NCBI GenBank assembly: GCA_964188305.1
Contig: OZ076889.1
Source of the DNA: Podarcis bocagei
Taxonomy: Eukaryota
Reading direction: 5' to 3' (one strand)
Length of the DNA: 64,000 nucleotides
The position numbers and the translations under genes were made by a program. Shown here one piece after another: positions 38,531 through 52,167 of the stretch. The notes beneath the pieces were generated by a model. It was not told the DNA's origin and did no database searches. It saw only the letters and a list, made by a program, of their open reading frames with translations. Position 1 is the first letter of the stretch; each line of letters begins with the position of its first letter.

Positions 38531-41439
38531 TCCCTCCCCTTGGTGCTGGTGGGATACAAATGACTAATGCAGTATGTGTGGGTTAGTGGGCTGGTATTTC
38601 ATTTATCACAGTTTTAAGGGAGAAAAGCATGCTCACAGTGACATAAAATAAATGCTTATGGACTAGTAGCTTTTACAGACTTTTGTATGGCTATGCTACC
38701 CTGCAGTACAACCACTGCCAGTCTCTGCATACTTTTTCTCAGTCTCAACTACAAGAAAATAGGACAATGCCACCACCCACCCCAATTATGAGTAATAAAT
38801 TAATTTTTATTAAATAACTAATCACTCTCTCTCTAATATTCTACCCTAGATATCAGTTTCTCTTATGTTTTGCCCCCTTTCTTAGCGTTTTACTATCCCT
38901 TGTGATACTGTTGTCTGGCTTCATTCCCATGGTCTTAATTTCCAAACCAATACCACTGTGCTCTCTCAACTTACACTGTGTCAAAGCTCATTATGCTTTC
39001 AGCTAACACACCACCAACCCCTTCAGATACAGGGATGAAGCTCTTACCCTTTGTGTATAGAAGATTAGACAAGCTGAAGTTTGCCGTCCATAGCAAGGTA
39101 ATCCCTACGTGAACGGCTTAGTTACAAGCATCTCACCCAAAACCAATTCCTAGAAACCACAGGGAGAGGGAGAGAGGGGGGAGGAAGACACTTGCAGGAT
39201 TCGACACACAACCCTCCATTCCCAAACAAAGCAAGAAAAAGAAAGCAGCAGAAAAGGTAAGCATGCAAGCCATAAAATTAGAAAATACAGGACTGAGAAA
39301 GCGGGTGCTTGGATTACAAAACTAGTTTAAGTTTCCTTTTGTCTTGAAGAGTGAGAGATTTGGGGGTAAAATAATAGTCAGGGGTTTAGAAGAAGCTCAC
39401 TGCCTACAAAAGGTTCAATCTGGCCTCCCATGCCCATATCTTTATGTATCTGCTGGGAAAAGTCATCTGGGGGTTTGAGTTGAAGTGTCACCAAAACAAA
39501 ATGGCATTCATTTCTGCCTGTCTACCCACGGGAGGTTGTGGAAGCCCTCCACCTAGACAAGAGGAGGTGCTGTGGATTGGAAAGTCACCATCTCCAGATT
39601 CAGCTGCACAAGTAGTCCTAGATGGGACTGTGGTCCCCAAGGAACAGCAACCACAAAAAAATCCAGAACAGATTTAACAGATGCATGGGGAGAGGAGGGA
39701 GGGAAATTTATGCTGTGCAAAGAAACATCCTTGCACTAATGGAACTACTGTGTTGGCTACCACTAATATTCTGTCGGTTTTAACTCTAATAGGGAAGTTA
39801 TGGCCTAAATTTTATAAAGATTTAATTCTGCAATGTTGCATGTTGGTAATTGGTTGTGAGCCACTTTGTGAAGAAAAATTCTCCGAAAAAGTGGGGTATA
39901 ATTTTTTTAAATAAAAGCAATAGCCAGATGAAGCAGAATTCAGTACATACACAGTACACACATAGGTCTTCTACTTGTTTATTCCAGAACATATTATGCT
40001 GACAGCAATTTTTATGGTGAAGCATGTGATGTAGCAGCATAGGTATTATATGTACTTGGAAAAAGAAGCCAAGGATCCGCACTTAACCATGGTTTCCCAT
40101 TCATGTGTGAACAGAAACAATGCTTAATGATTTCAAGACAAGCAACTTTGAACTATGGCTTAATATCCTGACTTGTTTTGAAGCCACTAACCATACTTTC
40201 CAGATTCACACATATTGGGGAGCTATGATTAAGTAAGGAATCTTGTTCTGTTGTTTGCGTGAAGGGAGGAGCTAAAGGGCAGAAAAGGGACTGCCTGCAG
40301 CAGTTGCCTACTGCTCATGCATATCTTAACTTTTAAAAAGAGAGAATACTTGGCTTAATATCATGTGAAAAGTGGTCTATCTGCTAAGATTCTTAGAGGA
40401 TTGTGAATTCTGCATTTGCATGGCTTGATTGCAGAATACACATAATCCTGCCCTTAATTTGCCATTATCAGTTGTGAGATCTGACAAATTCTCCAGGCAG
40501 AAATTTTAACTGCTTGGCATTATTCAAAGCAACTTATTTGTGTGACTGGTTAGGTTTGTGTTGTTATTTTTAGGATGTAAATTTCTTGATTCAGGAGCAA
40601 AATCGTTCACTCAACGAATACAGGGCAATAAGCACAATAGCACTATTCCTAAAAAGTCACACATCCACCAGTATTAGCATCTTGGGAAGCAGTCTCTCAC
40701 ACTACAAGATATTAGAAGTGTGCATGAGTCGACAGTATTAACAGTAAGGTCCAGTGTAGCATGAGCAAATGCAACATGATATCTCCTTCTCCTCCAATCT
40801 GTAGCATGTTGCACACCTCCAAAATCTCCAGAACAGATTTTGGAGTCACAGGTGGAGACTGGAAGGTGAAGGAAAGAAAGCAGAATTCCTGCTGCACACA
40901 TGGATTTCAGCAAGCAGGTGGATCTTACTGGGTGCCGCCATAATACTGGACTTCAGTTAACTTAAACCTGGAACATGGTTGGTAACTTAAGACCTTGGAT
41001 CTATGAAAGTCAAGTGGTTTATTCTCTGAGCTAGTAATAGAGAGCTTCTGCCCTTTCCATTGTTCTTGATATATTCTGAACGTGGCATCGCCAACTCTTC
41101 TTGTAAAACTTGGAAAAGGGAAAATTAAAAACAGTAAAATCAAATTAAGCAATGGTATAATTCACTGCTAAGGATTCACTAATGTGCATCCCAAGAAATG
41201 CACCAAGAGCTATAAATGTTTCTAGTATGTTTTATCACCATATTAGAAAGCAAGCATTTGCTTTTTAACCACTTACTTATCAAAATAAAAACTTCTGAGC
41301 AAGTAGTTTCCTGGAGAGAAATGAATTAGTCAAGTCTTTCCTGCCATGGAAATAATCAGATACGCATTTTCATGTCTTAGAAATTTAGCTTTTGCAGGTG
41401 GGACTTGTTCTGCTTCTCATCCTCAGCCCCAAACAGTAC

Positions 41440-41680
41440 TTAATAGTCTGTTTGGATCAAACTAAAGGTTCATCCATCCCATCATACTCTTTTCCATAGT
41501 GGTCATTGAGATGCTTTGGGAAAGCCCACTAGAAGCAGAGCGTGAAGGCAACAGCCTTCCTCTGCTGCTGCCCACAGTAACAAGTAGGTTCCATTGAACT
41601 ATCATGGCTAATAGGCATTACAGACACATTTGCCAAATCCCCCTTTGAAGTCAGTCAAGCCAGTGGCAATAATGACATCT
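41440..41680 (-). mobile_element. Old CR1 3' UTR fragment
   Basis: Reverse-complement similarity to the CR1 UTRs at 27050-27245 and 46650-46900. Confidence 0.6.
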
Positions 41681-43149
41681 TCTGTCAGACAGAAGATGGA
41701 TCTCTAGTCTGACCCAGCTTGGCAACTATTATACTAAGTTATCTTGGGTGCTACTCCAAGTCAGCACAAAAGTGAAGTTCCTTCATGATATAAATGGGGT
41801 GCAGTATGACAGCCTGTTCCTTGTATATGTGGAGGACCTTCTCAGGGATGCCTCCTATTTTTATATTATATGCAGGTTGTGAATAAGAGCAGAATGAACA
41901 GGGTGGAGATCAAGCCTCTATATCTGCTTCCAGAAAATCAGACAAGGTTGAAATATCTATGCTCTACTTCTGGTTCTCCTGGATGGTAATGATGAAGCTA
42001 GACAGGCTGAATTATCCAGGATATAGCACAATGCATCAATATAATGATATAGCAGACAGGAAAGAATGACTCACCAGGTGCTGGCTTGCTTTGAGGAGAG
42101 AGAAAAAGAATACAATGCCATCCCACCATACTGTTGGAACGGGGAGATTTTCCAGAGATACAGGACAGAACAGGGAGGCTTACTCAGAGGGAAGCCTGGT
42201 GTGAATAAGCCTGAGGTAGTTCCCTTATCTGGCCCCTCCAAGGAAGCAAGACCCAGTGGTTTGTAACAAAAAATACACCATTCACTGCTCATAACAAACA
42301 ATACACATCACAGTTTGCTATAAATCCCACACTACACTGGTTTCCAAGAATGAGCTGCTTACCCCAAGTCCAAGCTTTGCCTTGCAGTTTCACATTCTCA
42401 AGTAGCTCCTTGGAATCCCCTTCCCACAGCACTTGTTCTCAGGCCTAAGGTCCCATAAGCTTAACAAGGCTGAATCTCCACTCACACATTTCAGCCTGGC
42501 AGGTCTGGTGCCTCTTATCTTGAGCTTCAGGTAGTTTCTTTTTAATTAATAGCATTTCTGTATCGGTGGAGGAAACTCTAACACCCAGAATGAATGGCCC
42601 TCTCTCATTAGATCCACTGCTGTCATGATGTATTCAAGCTGTGGAGGAGAATTCATTTCCTCTCAGGTGCATGGACTTTTCTTTTCCTTAGTGGGGGGAG
42701 GTTTTTAGAATGAGTGACGGTATTTGCCAAACCTGACATGAGACTACGTTGATGTGAAATGCCTTTGTCAGGACAACTCTTCAGAAAGGTGATGTTCCCA
42801 CTCAGGGGCTTTTTCCTCGTTAAAGAAATTGCATCTTAACAAGGAAAGGAGGCTAGTAAGCAGGAGGAGAACAGCTGTCTTCCTTTTGCCAATCCGATTC
42901 CTGCTGATCAGTGGGGGCTGGGAGTCAGGAAATCTACCCATGCACATGTTGGGTTCAGAATCAGCACCTGGTTTCTGACCCCAGGGTTACAATGAGCCTT
43001 CTGGGCAACAACTCACCACGTATTCCAAACAGGTCCATGACACTATTCTGACCTAAGCTCATCACTACTGGATATTCACTTATGCCTAGCTGCTGTCAAC
43101 ATCTAATGAAGAACCCTGGGACCCTGAAGCTAAACAAAATAATGTGACA

Positions 43150-43515
43150 GTATGCCAGCTACGAATCTACTGGAACAGAAACAGCCTTGTTTCAGTTATC
43201 CATTACCTGGTAACTTCCTGTGTGGACTACTGCAATGCACTGGGTATGGGGCAGCATTTGAAAATGGTTTGGAAACTCCAGAATATGACCATGAGACTGC
43301 TAACTGGGACCAGATGATATGAGCACATGAAGCCAGTACTTCAATGCCTTCACTGGTTCCGTTTCCAGGAGGAGTTAAACAAGTATTGGTGTTTACTTTT
43401 AGGGCCTTTCAAAGCTTAGAACAAAGATACTGAATAACTCTTCCCCCGCCCCCCATTCCTACACATACCTACCTAACACTTCAGATTTTCTTCAAGTCCA
43501 TCTTCATGTGCCCCT
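43150..43515 (+). mobile_element. L2 LINE ORF2 fragment, disrupted
   Basis: VIHYLVTSCVDYCNALGMG...RLLTGTR*YEHMKPVLQCLHW. Confidence 0.8.
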
Positions 43516-43517
43516 AC

Positions 43518-43650
43518 CAGGTGAGGTGCAGGATGTGGCCCCTCAGATGCTGCTGACCTACAACTCACATTCTTCCTATCAGCCATGCTTGCTGGGGCCT
43601 TTAGGAACTATACTTCAGCAATATATGAAGGGTCACAGGTTAGCACCCCT
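43518..43650. mobile_element. Degenerate hAT-type MITE (ggactacaactccc family)
   Basis: tgtggcccctcagatg...ctacaactc...gaagggtcacaggtt. Confidence 0.6.
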
Positions 43651-44807
43651 ACTGCAACAACAAAGTGATAAAACCTTAGAATTTTTTCCCTGAAACACTG
43701 AAAGAAAGAGGATGGAAAGTACTGAGAAAGAGCCACTGAATCTTATTCCAACAATGAATTGGAACTGTAAAAAACACACATGATTGCTCCTTGTACCCAT
43801 TAAGGAGAAACACAAGATAGAGAGCTCCCTCAAGTGCAGAAGATATATTTTCAGAAATATATCGTTTAATTTTCCTGTTATTATCTGGAATAAAAAGATT
43901 AATACCTGTTAACCTGCCACATATTTTTGCAACTTATTTGATGCTAGTCTGGCCTTTGACTTTTAAAAAATCTGGATCTGAACCAGTATGATTCCTGAAA
44001 ACTCACACACTCATCTATCATAAGCAAAACAGCTGTTTATCCTTTGCACAATAACGACATATTAGTTAGCTTCCCTCCAGTGCACTCTTAGAATATAATT
44101 GAACTTTGCTGAGGAATACATCTGAGGTATGCTGCACATCCAAGCTACTGTGCCTCTTTTGGTCCTTGAGGCAGCATATCAGCTCTTCACCAATCCCATT
44201 TGAAAAGAGATGTAGCTCAGTTCTGCTTTGCTAAATCTTATTTGGCAATGTGTCTAAACACATGCAAACTTAATTAGTTCAGGAGGGAGCCTCAGCATTC
44301 ATAGTGATGGATAAAAGTAAATGGGGAAATGAGACGAGTCAGGGCTGGCAGCAAGCGCTCTCTCACTCAAGCTCAAGCCATGTTCACCAACATGCTGCTA
44401 ATCAGATGTGATGGCACTAAGGCTTCCGCAGCCCATCTCCACTGGGACAAAGTGACGGGCTGTTCATTAACAGGTAGCTGCTGAAGCCCTTACTTCCATG
44501 AAGCCGGAATCACAAAACCACAGGTTTCCCACTTGGCACCAGAAACATCCAAGGATTAGCCTCTGAAACTGTTGTGTAAAATAACATTTTAAAATAAGAT
44601 AAAATGCATGGTGGGGGAGATGAGCCATTTACAACATCTTCTGAGGCTACAATGGAATGTTCTCTCCCACATGAATGAAAATGCATGTAGAAGATACGCA
44701 AAGAATGACGTTAACAAACTCAAAAAGGATCTGTGGTGTCTCCTGCTGGCCATGAGGCCTCAAATTCACACTGCAGGAAGGAAAATCCTCATTATGTTAT
44801 TTTCCCT

Positions 44808-45230
44808 CACAGAATCATAGAAGTGTATGATATGTTTGTCCTAGATATATTTTGTAAGGCTTCCATAATAGAATTATACACCTCAACTAGCTAGCTCTAT
44901 AGCTTAGCTGTTTTAGAATGAAGCCCCTCATTCCTGCCAACCAAGTGTCCAACTTAAAATAGGCCTGCACACACTTGAACTATTGCTTCTTTTTCTGTAT
45001 TTAATGATCCTGGTCTTTCTTCTCTATGTCAGCCTCTTCCACATTCTATTTGCAAACAAGCGCAAATGGACCTGATAAATCTCAGCAAAGCTAGTTCACT
45101 CAGCTTTTATGGTTTTTATGCATTTCAAGCTCTTTACCATCTTTGATGCTCATTCAAATCCTCTCCAGTTTGTTTGTATCCCCCTTAAAATGTGACAACA
45201 AAAACTAGACAAGCTGCTCCAGCTGAGCAG
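44808..45230 (-). mobile_element. Old CR1 LINE 3' fragment
   Basis: agaatcatagaa terminus and degenerate HFKGDTNKLERI on the minus strand. Confidence 0.6.
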
Positions 45231-45703
45231 CACCTTCCAACCTTTTTGGAAGCATTTCCGATCATGTGATATATGAATTTGGTTAAATAACTAAATAAAA
45301 ATGTGGACAGGATTCAACAAAAGAAGATTCACTACCAGGGAGTGTAAAAAGTTGACAACCAGAATATGTAACTCCAAATGCTCCAGGTAAACAACTCCAA
45401 ATGATGCAGGTAAACAAGTTGAGGTACATATGTTTATTTTATTCTGGAAGCTTGGAGGCATGCACGACAACAATCTGAGATTTTTGCAATACAGACTGAA
45501 GTGATGGTGAAAGGTGGCAATGATTCTGGAGGCACACAAAGGCAAAAGAATTAAACACAAAAATGTCCTTATGCAGTACCAGAATCTAGCACTGATACAA
45601 TGACAATTCCTCACCTAATCCCAAAGACACAGGCTATATAGATATGACCTAAGGGATCACTTGGCCATCTGTAGGGACACTGATACATCACATATGAGAA
45701 ACT

Positions 45704-45836
45704 CACCTTCACCAATCAAGTGACCTTCAGACATTTTGGACTACAACTCCCCTCAGCCCCAACTAGCACAGGTGGCTGGGATTGGTAGAAATTGCAATCC
45801 AAAACATCTGGCTGGCATCAGGTCAGGGAAAGCTTG
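45704..45836. mobile_element. hAT-type MITE (ggactacaactccc family)
   Basis: ttttggactacaactcccc ... ttgcaatccaaaacatctg palindrome. Confidence 0.7.
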
Positions 45837-46647
45837 ATTTGCCCACAAAGGTAACTCTGTGTTGCAGATTTAGGGCCAGATGCTCTAACACCAAAACAAG
45901 ATGTAGAGAAAGTTGTAGGGATAAAGAATGTATATTTAGGCCAATGAAATTCTGAATTTTCTCATACTGATGCTTTAAAGGAAATTAAGCCCTGCTAAAT
46001 CTCTGCAACAAGGTCAATCTACGGTGGCTCTAGACAGGGCTTCAAAGAAGGCTCAGATACAGACTGTTCTGCTAACACAAATACAAAAAAGTAATTATTT
46101 TGTCAAAAAAAGAGCAACACCATTTCTTTCCACACTGGGTCTTTTGCTGTCAGTTCAGCCCCAATTTTTCAAGTTAGCACTAGTAATCAGTCCAAGCAAG
46201 CAAGTGCTCAAGAATCCTTCTCAATGCTGAATGGAATAAGCATGGATTCTCTCCGGCAGCATGCCCTCTTATGACTTGTAGAAATTCACGTGTGATTGAA
46301 AGCCAAGCAGCACAGCTAACAAGTTGTGGATGTCAGGTTAGCACTGTATATGTCAAGTGCACAACCTTTTTCTTGTAATATAACCGGCATCACTCTGCTA
46401 GAGAGGCAAAGATCGGGTCACATGAGCCCCAGTGCTTTCTGTCTGTCCAGATATTACTGATAAACAGGGATAAGTGGCTTTTATGTACATGCACTCAATT
46501 AAGGAACATAATAACGCACTGTAGTTGAACAGATTCAAAATGGTTGTGGTGTCTCCTGCTGGCCACTAAGCCTCAAATCCTTCTTCACACTGGGTGTGAA
46601 TGAGAGGACCCCAAAGGAAGTACACTTTCACATGCCACATGGAGTAT

Positions 46648-46900
46648 GCCATGGATGGCTTTAAAAGGAGGTTAGTCAAATTCATGGAGGATAAAGCTAT
46701 CAAGGACTCTAAGTCTTGATGGCTATATAATGCCTACAGGATCAGAGGCAGAATACAGAACACAAGTTGCTGAGGAACAGGAGCAGGGGGAGGACCCTTG
46801 CTTACATGTCCATGAGTTTCTGCTTGACTATTGTAGAAAACAGGAAGCTCAGCTAGATTGGCTTTTGGTCTGATCCTGCAAGGCTCTTCTTATGTTCTTA
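46648..46900 (+). mobile_element. CR1 LINE 3' end and UTR
   Basis: gatggctttaaaaggaggttag...ttcatggaggataa... ending ggctcttcttatgttctta. Confidence 0.82.
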
Positions 46901-47853
46901 ACCCCTTTACATCAGTATAATGCCAGGCACCTTGTGTAGTTCAATAATACAAAATTGTGGCAGACCAAGTCAGGGAGTTACAAAGACATGGAGCTATATC
47001 AGTTCCTCCACTATTAAGTTGTATTGCAGTTGACTGAAATGAACTGCTGTAGCTGATTTTCTATAGAAGGTGTCTAGGAAAAGAGAGCTCTTGGCTAATA
47101 AGGCCCCAAACAATGCAGATTAAAATATATGTCAACATCACAACTATTGTTTTAATTTAATTTTGATGTACAGAAGCTGATATCTTTCAGTATGAAAGTA
47201 GAGAAAGACCATCCCCTTTTAAACCTACTGACAGTCTTATTGGGGGGGATAAAAATGAACCCTATACATTCATCTTTTCTTAAGCAAGAAATACAATGTT
47301 CCTTGCTCTTCAAGTTAGTCATCATTTCTGAAAGAAAGGATCTTCAAGCAGACAGTAATGTGGTTCAAGTCCAAGAAAAAATGCACCTGCCATTATCCTG
47401 CACTCCGTCTGTTTACAATATGGACAAATAGACAGGGGGGAAATGCTGAGATGCAGGAATGCATCAAAGCATGCAACTTCTAGGGATACATGGGGACCTC
47501 AGCATCCTGTGTATCTGACCAAGGAAATGATGGGTGCCACCTTTACTCCCAAATGTGGCATGCTCCATAATGTCCCCTCCGAGATGGCTAAGTGCTGGCA
47601 CAGAGGCAGAGGGAGAGGGTGACAGGCATGATATGGCCATCACTAGACATGTATCAGTACCACACCATTTGAAGATATTTTACTTCCAAAAGGGGTGTGC
47701 TACCTAGAAAGTTAAAATACAGGAGAAATGGTAGCACACACTTCCCTTCTCCAAAATAAGGAAGACACATGAAAATCCTAGCGCAGGAGGAAATATTGAG
47801 AAGCGGCAAGAGTGCTCATAGCATGAATGCATAATCCTCCATCCCATACTCAC

Positions 47854-47945
47854 ATTACTTTCAAGTCCCAGTCTCCACAGGTTACAAAAATCGACTTGAC
47901 GCTGGGATCCAAGAGGCCTTCCTTTGCCATCCACTCATCGACCCT
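47854..47945 (-). CDS. ERI3: ERI3 coding exon (probably exon 6), 92 nt, phase 0/2: RVDEWMAKEGLLDPSVKSIFVTCGDWDLKV(M)
   Basis: Acceptor tttctttcag|AGG and donor AAT|gtgagt. Contains the Exo II motif region (TCGDWDL). Confidence 0.96.
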
Positions 47946-48962
47946 CTGAAAGAAACAGATGAGCTTTCTGAGACATGGAAAAGAGACACAACAGTTAAAT
48001 GCTGATAAGCCTCACAATCACAAGAGAAGAAAATTGTGATCTTATCCGACACGGCTGTCCCCCCTCCCATCTCATTCTGTTCCCCTCCTCATCTCTATGA
48101 AAGTATGCTTGGACCTTTGAAGATTTCTGATAGGAGACATCAAGCGGCCAGAGAAGGGGTGATCTTATCAGGAATCACAACACTTCTGCTTACAGAATGG
48201 CCGTCACATTTTAATATTACTTGGCCATTTCCTGTGTGTCTTGAATAGCCTTCCCCACGCCATAAAACAGATAGCTTGTTAAATCAAGAGTTACAAAAGG
48301 TCCTTTTTCAACATACCTAAGCAATTGCTTACAGAATCATGTTCGGATCTGAACAAGCTGGACTTTAACCAAGGAGACCCATCAAGCAATCAAATGTGGA
48401 ATAGTGGAGTACAAAAATAAGGGTCCCTATCCAAATCAGTAGGGAGTGAGAAAGCCTTGCAAATAAATAACCTTGTAAACACAATTATTCCACTGTTTTA
48501 TTATTCTAACAAATATCAACTTATTCTCTGTAATAGATAGGTGTAAGGACACATTTTCCTCTTTCCAGAAGCAGAAAAGTAGTACAAGAATATGAAACAA
48601 GGACAGCAGATAGGGCACAGGGATCAAAAGGGGCCGACAACATGGGAACAGGCTATATAGTAGGAGCACTGGAAAGACACAAGGAACCATGCAGGGCAAT
48701 AAAATAACAGGTACTTTCACTATATTGTTTTCTGTGTCTGCTTAAAAAAACCTGTGTTTCATTATGCTCAGACAAATTTAATTTTAACATGCAATTTTAA
48801 CAGGTGATTTTAGTATGCATAATTGTTTTAAAATTACTGATTTTAGTTTACATTTTGTAATGTAGCTTGATTTTAATGTTTGTCTCTTGTTAATAACTTG
48901 GAGGTATTTTGCTTGAGTGGTGTACAAATTTCATTAAATGAATGAATACCAAAAAAGAAAGA

Positions 48963-49110
48963 AAGACCCCAGGCACATTCTTGACACCTCCAGATACAGG
49001 TAGCAAAGACTCCTGTCTGAAACCCTGTAGAGCCACTGCCAGTCATTTTAGGCAATAGTGATCTAGATTGTCCAGCGGTCTGACTAAATATAGGATAGAT
49101 TCTCATGTTC
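48963..49110 (+). mobile_element. tRNA(Ala-like)-derived SINE, 5' truncated
   Basis: aaagactcctgtctgaaaccctg..agccactgccagtca...ctagat...ggtctgact. Opposite orientation to the 32721 and 33491 copies. Confidence 0.72.
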
Positions 49111-50178
49111 TCAGCAGGGCGTATCAACCCTTTGCTGGAGCTGCAATTCTTCAAGTGCCAACGTTACTCAATAGCTCCACCCCTCTGGATGGAATTGTAA
49201 AATATAATTGTTTCATACTGAGCACCCTATGCAAATTTCTTCACTTGTCTTATATTGAATGGGCCTTCAGGGTCTCGCTGGTGGCCCTAACCACAGGAAG
49301 GAGACCCAAAGAGTAGTAAACTATGATGGTTCATTCCACCTGTCAGGGGAAGTTTTTGAGCAAAGAGCAGAAGAAAAGTCTTCTAATCCGGGCCAGCTGA
49401 GGCTGCTTCTAATGCAGTCAGGAGGAAGACTCACAACTGAATAGCATCCAGGGATTCATAGCTGTCCCCTTTCGCCTCACTCAGGCAATTTCAAGCTACC
49501 CCTGAAGCAAGAGAGCACAACTTTAACCTCTAATCAGATTTCCTTACACTAGCTGTGGTTACAATTGTTTTGATTAAGAACCATTAGGCACAAATCCTGA
49601 TGGGAGCAACACATCGAGCTGCAGTCAGAATAGGCTCTCCCTCCTGGAGGACTCCTTCCATAGATGCCAAACAACAAAAGCTATTGATTGTAAAAGTACT
49701 TTCAGCTAATTAAGCCTTAAATGCGGCAGGAATTCAACATTAAGCAGATGGCACTATTAAGATTATCTCCTGCATTCAGGACCCTCACAGACAAGATTTC
49801 ATGGGCCCTATTCTTTCTGTTTATTACTGAGTATTTAAGTAGATATGTCCATTAATTTATCATCTTTCATGCAGTTGTCCTAATGCAACATTGCTGACCC
49901 CTGAAGACCATCTCCTGTAAGAGAGTCCCCCCAACACACACCTCCCCTCATGACTTCTGGCAGGAGTCTGGACATGCTGTCAGTACCTTTGACAAGAACA
50001 GCTGGAAATGACAGATCAATGGTTCAATATTCTCAACAGCATGTCACTGATGTGACAGCAAATGTTATTCTAATGAAGCTGTAATCATAGTCAAATTACG
50101 TGGTTCAATACACAGGAAGAGGAAGGGGGAAGGGAAAGGAGGTGTCAGAGGTCAGGAACTAAAGGTTATTAGGCTTAC

Positions 50179-50238
50179 CTCAAGCACTTGCTGGAGACTG
50201 GGCTGTCCATCCACCATGGCTTGAATAATTCCAGTCAG
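50179..50238 (-). CDS. ERI3: ERI3 coding exon (probably exon 5), 60 nt, phase 0/0: LTGIIQAMVDGQPSLQQVLE
   Basis: Long polypyrimidine tract ending tttcctttgtttcag|CTG, donor GAG|gtaagc. Completes the FCTELTGI motif of ERI-family nucleases. Confidence 0.96.
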
Positions 50239-51032
50239 CTGAAACAAAGGAAATGGAGAAAACAAAAACAAAGAAATCAGTGATAACACTAAAAAGAATG
50301 GATTTTTTCCCTGCTCTTCTCACTGATACTGCAAAATACTGCTGTGCTGCATATAGATGGTACCAAAGCACTGGCACTCATAGAAATCCAGATGAGAGAT
50401 CTGCCCAAAGCAAGGAAGAATACTGTTCTAAGCTTCACACTCAGCTAAGTTTGAGATTTTAAAGGGAAATAGCTTATTGGAGACCCAAACACAACAGTTA
50501 TCCCAGTTATAACAGGAACGGTCTTTGGTTAGAACAGCATTTTCTCTCAGCTGAGATTTATTTGAGGCCTGTATCTTCCTCTTGCAGGCTGGGGCTCCGG
50601 CTCACCAGTTTGATCTATCAAAATTCATAGCACTAAAATTATTCCTTGCCCAGGCACAATCAATCTTTCCCACATCTCTTCTCTTCTTGTGTACAATAAT
50701 TTAGCTAATAGAGCTGACATATTCATGGGGATGAGTCAGAAGGATCCTCCTCTTTCAATTCAAGGTGTTGGACTAGTTGACATCCATGCTTCCTTTCCAG
50801 AGCCACACTTCAGTGATTCTATGAACCTGTTCAAGATGTATGTTCAGTGTCCTCCTCAATGTACCAACTGCTAAATGCAGTTGGTGGATGAGAGAGAGCC
50901 TTTTCAGCTGTGGCATCGAAACTGTGGAACAGATCCACATGCATGTCCATGCACTCTCTCAGCCTCAAACTGTGATTCTGAGCAAGTCAGTGTCTCTTAC
51001 TTACACTCTAGTTCGCTTCTCATACGGTAGGG

Positions 51033-51557
51033 CAGGGGTTTTCAAGCTTTTTGAGTCCACTCCTGTGGGGCTCAGGAGCCAAGTTATGTCACCCCTTGCC
51101 TGCAGAGCTGGCAGGTTCTCACCCTTTTTCGAACACCCTCCCTTGTGGTGTGTTCCCTTAGCCTCCTCCCCTCTCCCCTCTCCTTGGGAGTCCTATGGGC
51201 AGCGACAGCTGCCATGCCTGGTCTCTGAGCTGCCCCCCCTGCCCCAAAGAGAGATGCCTCCTCACACTGCCCCACAAGGCCACCTCCAGAGGCACCATTC
51301 GCCTGCGGAGCTTGTAGCCAGGGCTGCTGCAACAAACAGCTGTGCAAGCCTTTGGAAGGCAGAGACGCAAGAGGGCATCAGAGGAGGGAGGGAGGGAGGG
51401 AGGGAGGGAGGGAAGGAAGGAAGGAAGGAAGGAAGGAAGGAAGGAAGGAAGGAAGGAAGGAAGGAAAGAGGGACAGAAGCCAGTGTTGCCCACGGCACCC
51501 CCTGACTATCATTCAGGGCACCCCAGGGTGCCACAGCACACTGGTTGAAAACTGCTG
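51033..51557. mobile_element. hAT-type non-autonomous element containing an expanded microsatellite
   Basis: TIRs caggggttttcaa / ttgaaaactgctg, flanks cggtaggg/ctttaggg, subterminal ggcaccc repeats. Confidence 0.82.
51381..51466. repeat. (GGGA)n(GGAA)n compound microsatellite
   Basis: Direct reading. Confidence 0.97.
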
Positions 51558-52167
51558 CTTTAGGGAATGGAAGAGAAGAGGCGACAGCCTTGCTGTTTGT
51601 CGCAGAAGAACTGTTGTCATGTAATGATACAATGATATCAGGACCAACAGTGCTATATGAATACTTTCTCCAGAGTATCAAATATTTACCTTAGGGGAGC
51701 CCTGCAGTTGGTGCTCTAGTTTAATAGAATAAGTAAAACGCCTGCCTTTTTAGTGTGCAAGTTTTTTCAGTGCCATTCCTACTGCATCCCTTATTTACAT
51801 TTTACAGCCCAAGGTGTCTTCGGACACTCCCGTACACTAGTGATTAACACAAGAGAAAAGGACCATAAATAGATAAATAAAATAAACCTCTCCGGAAAAG
51901 CGAGATGCTCAGGGCATCAGTGGTGCTCCTTTCCTGGGAATGGAGGAATAAGTATCAAAACTTTATCAGACAGGAGTACAAAGCTATCTTTCCAATTTTA
52001 TAGACATTCGCAAATTTAATTTGAGAAGAATACTTTGCATTTATAAAAAGCGCAAAGACATCATTCTCAGTACTTTTCTTATACTTACACTGTTATTTTA
52101 AGAAGATCACCCATGGGTCTACATTAAGCCTGAAGCAAATAAGTTTCATAGTTAAGACAGAAACATA

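Noticed and set aside
50840-51681. Longest ORFs (up to 221 aa) on both strands
   Set aside because: They run through an L2 fragment, a GC-rich hAT element and a GGAA microsatellite, and the GRKE/LPSF repeats are artefacts.
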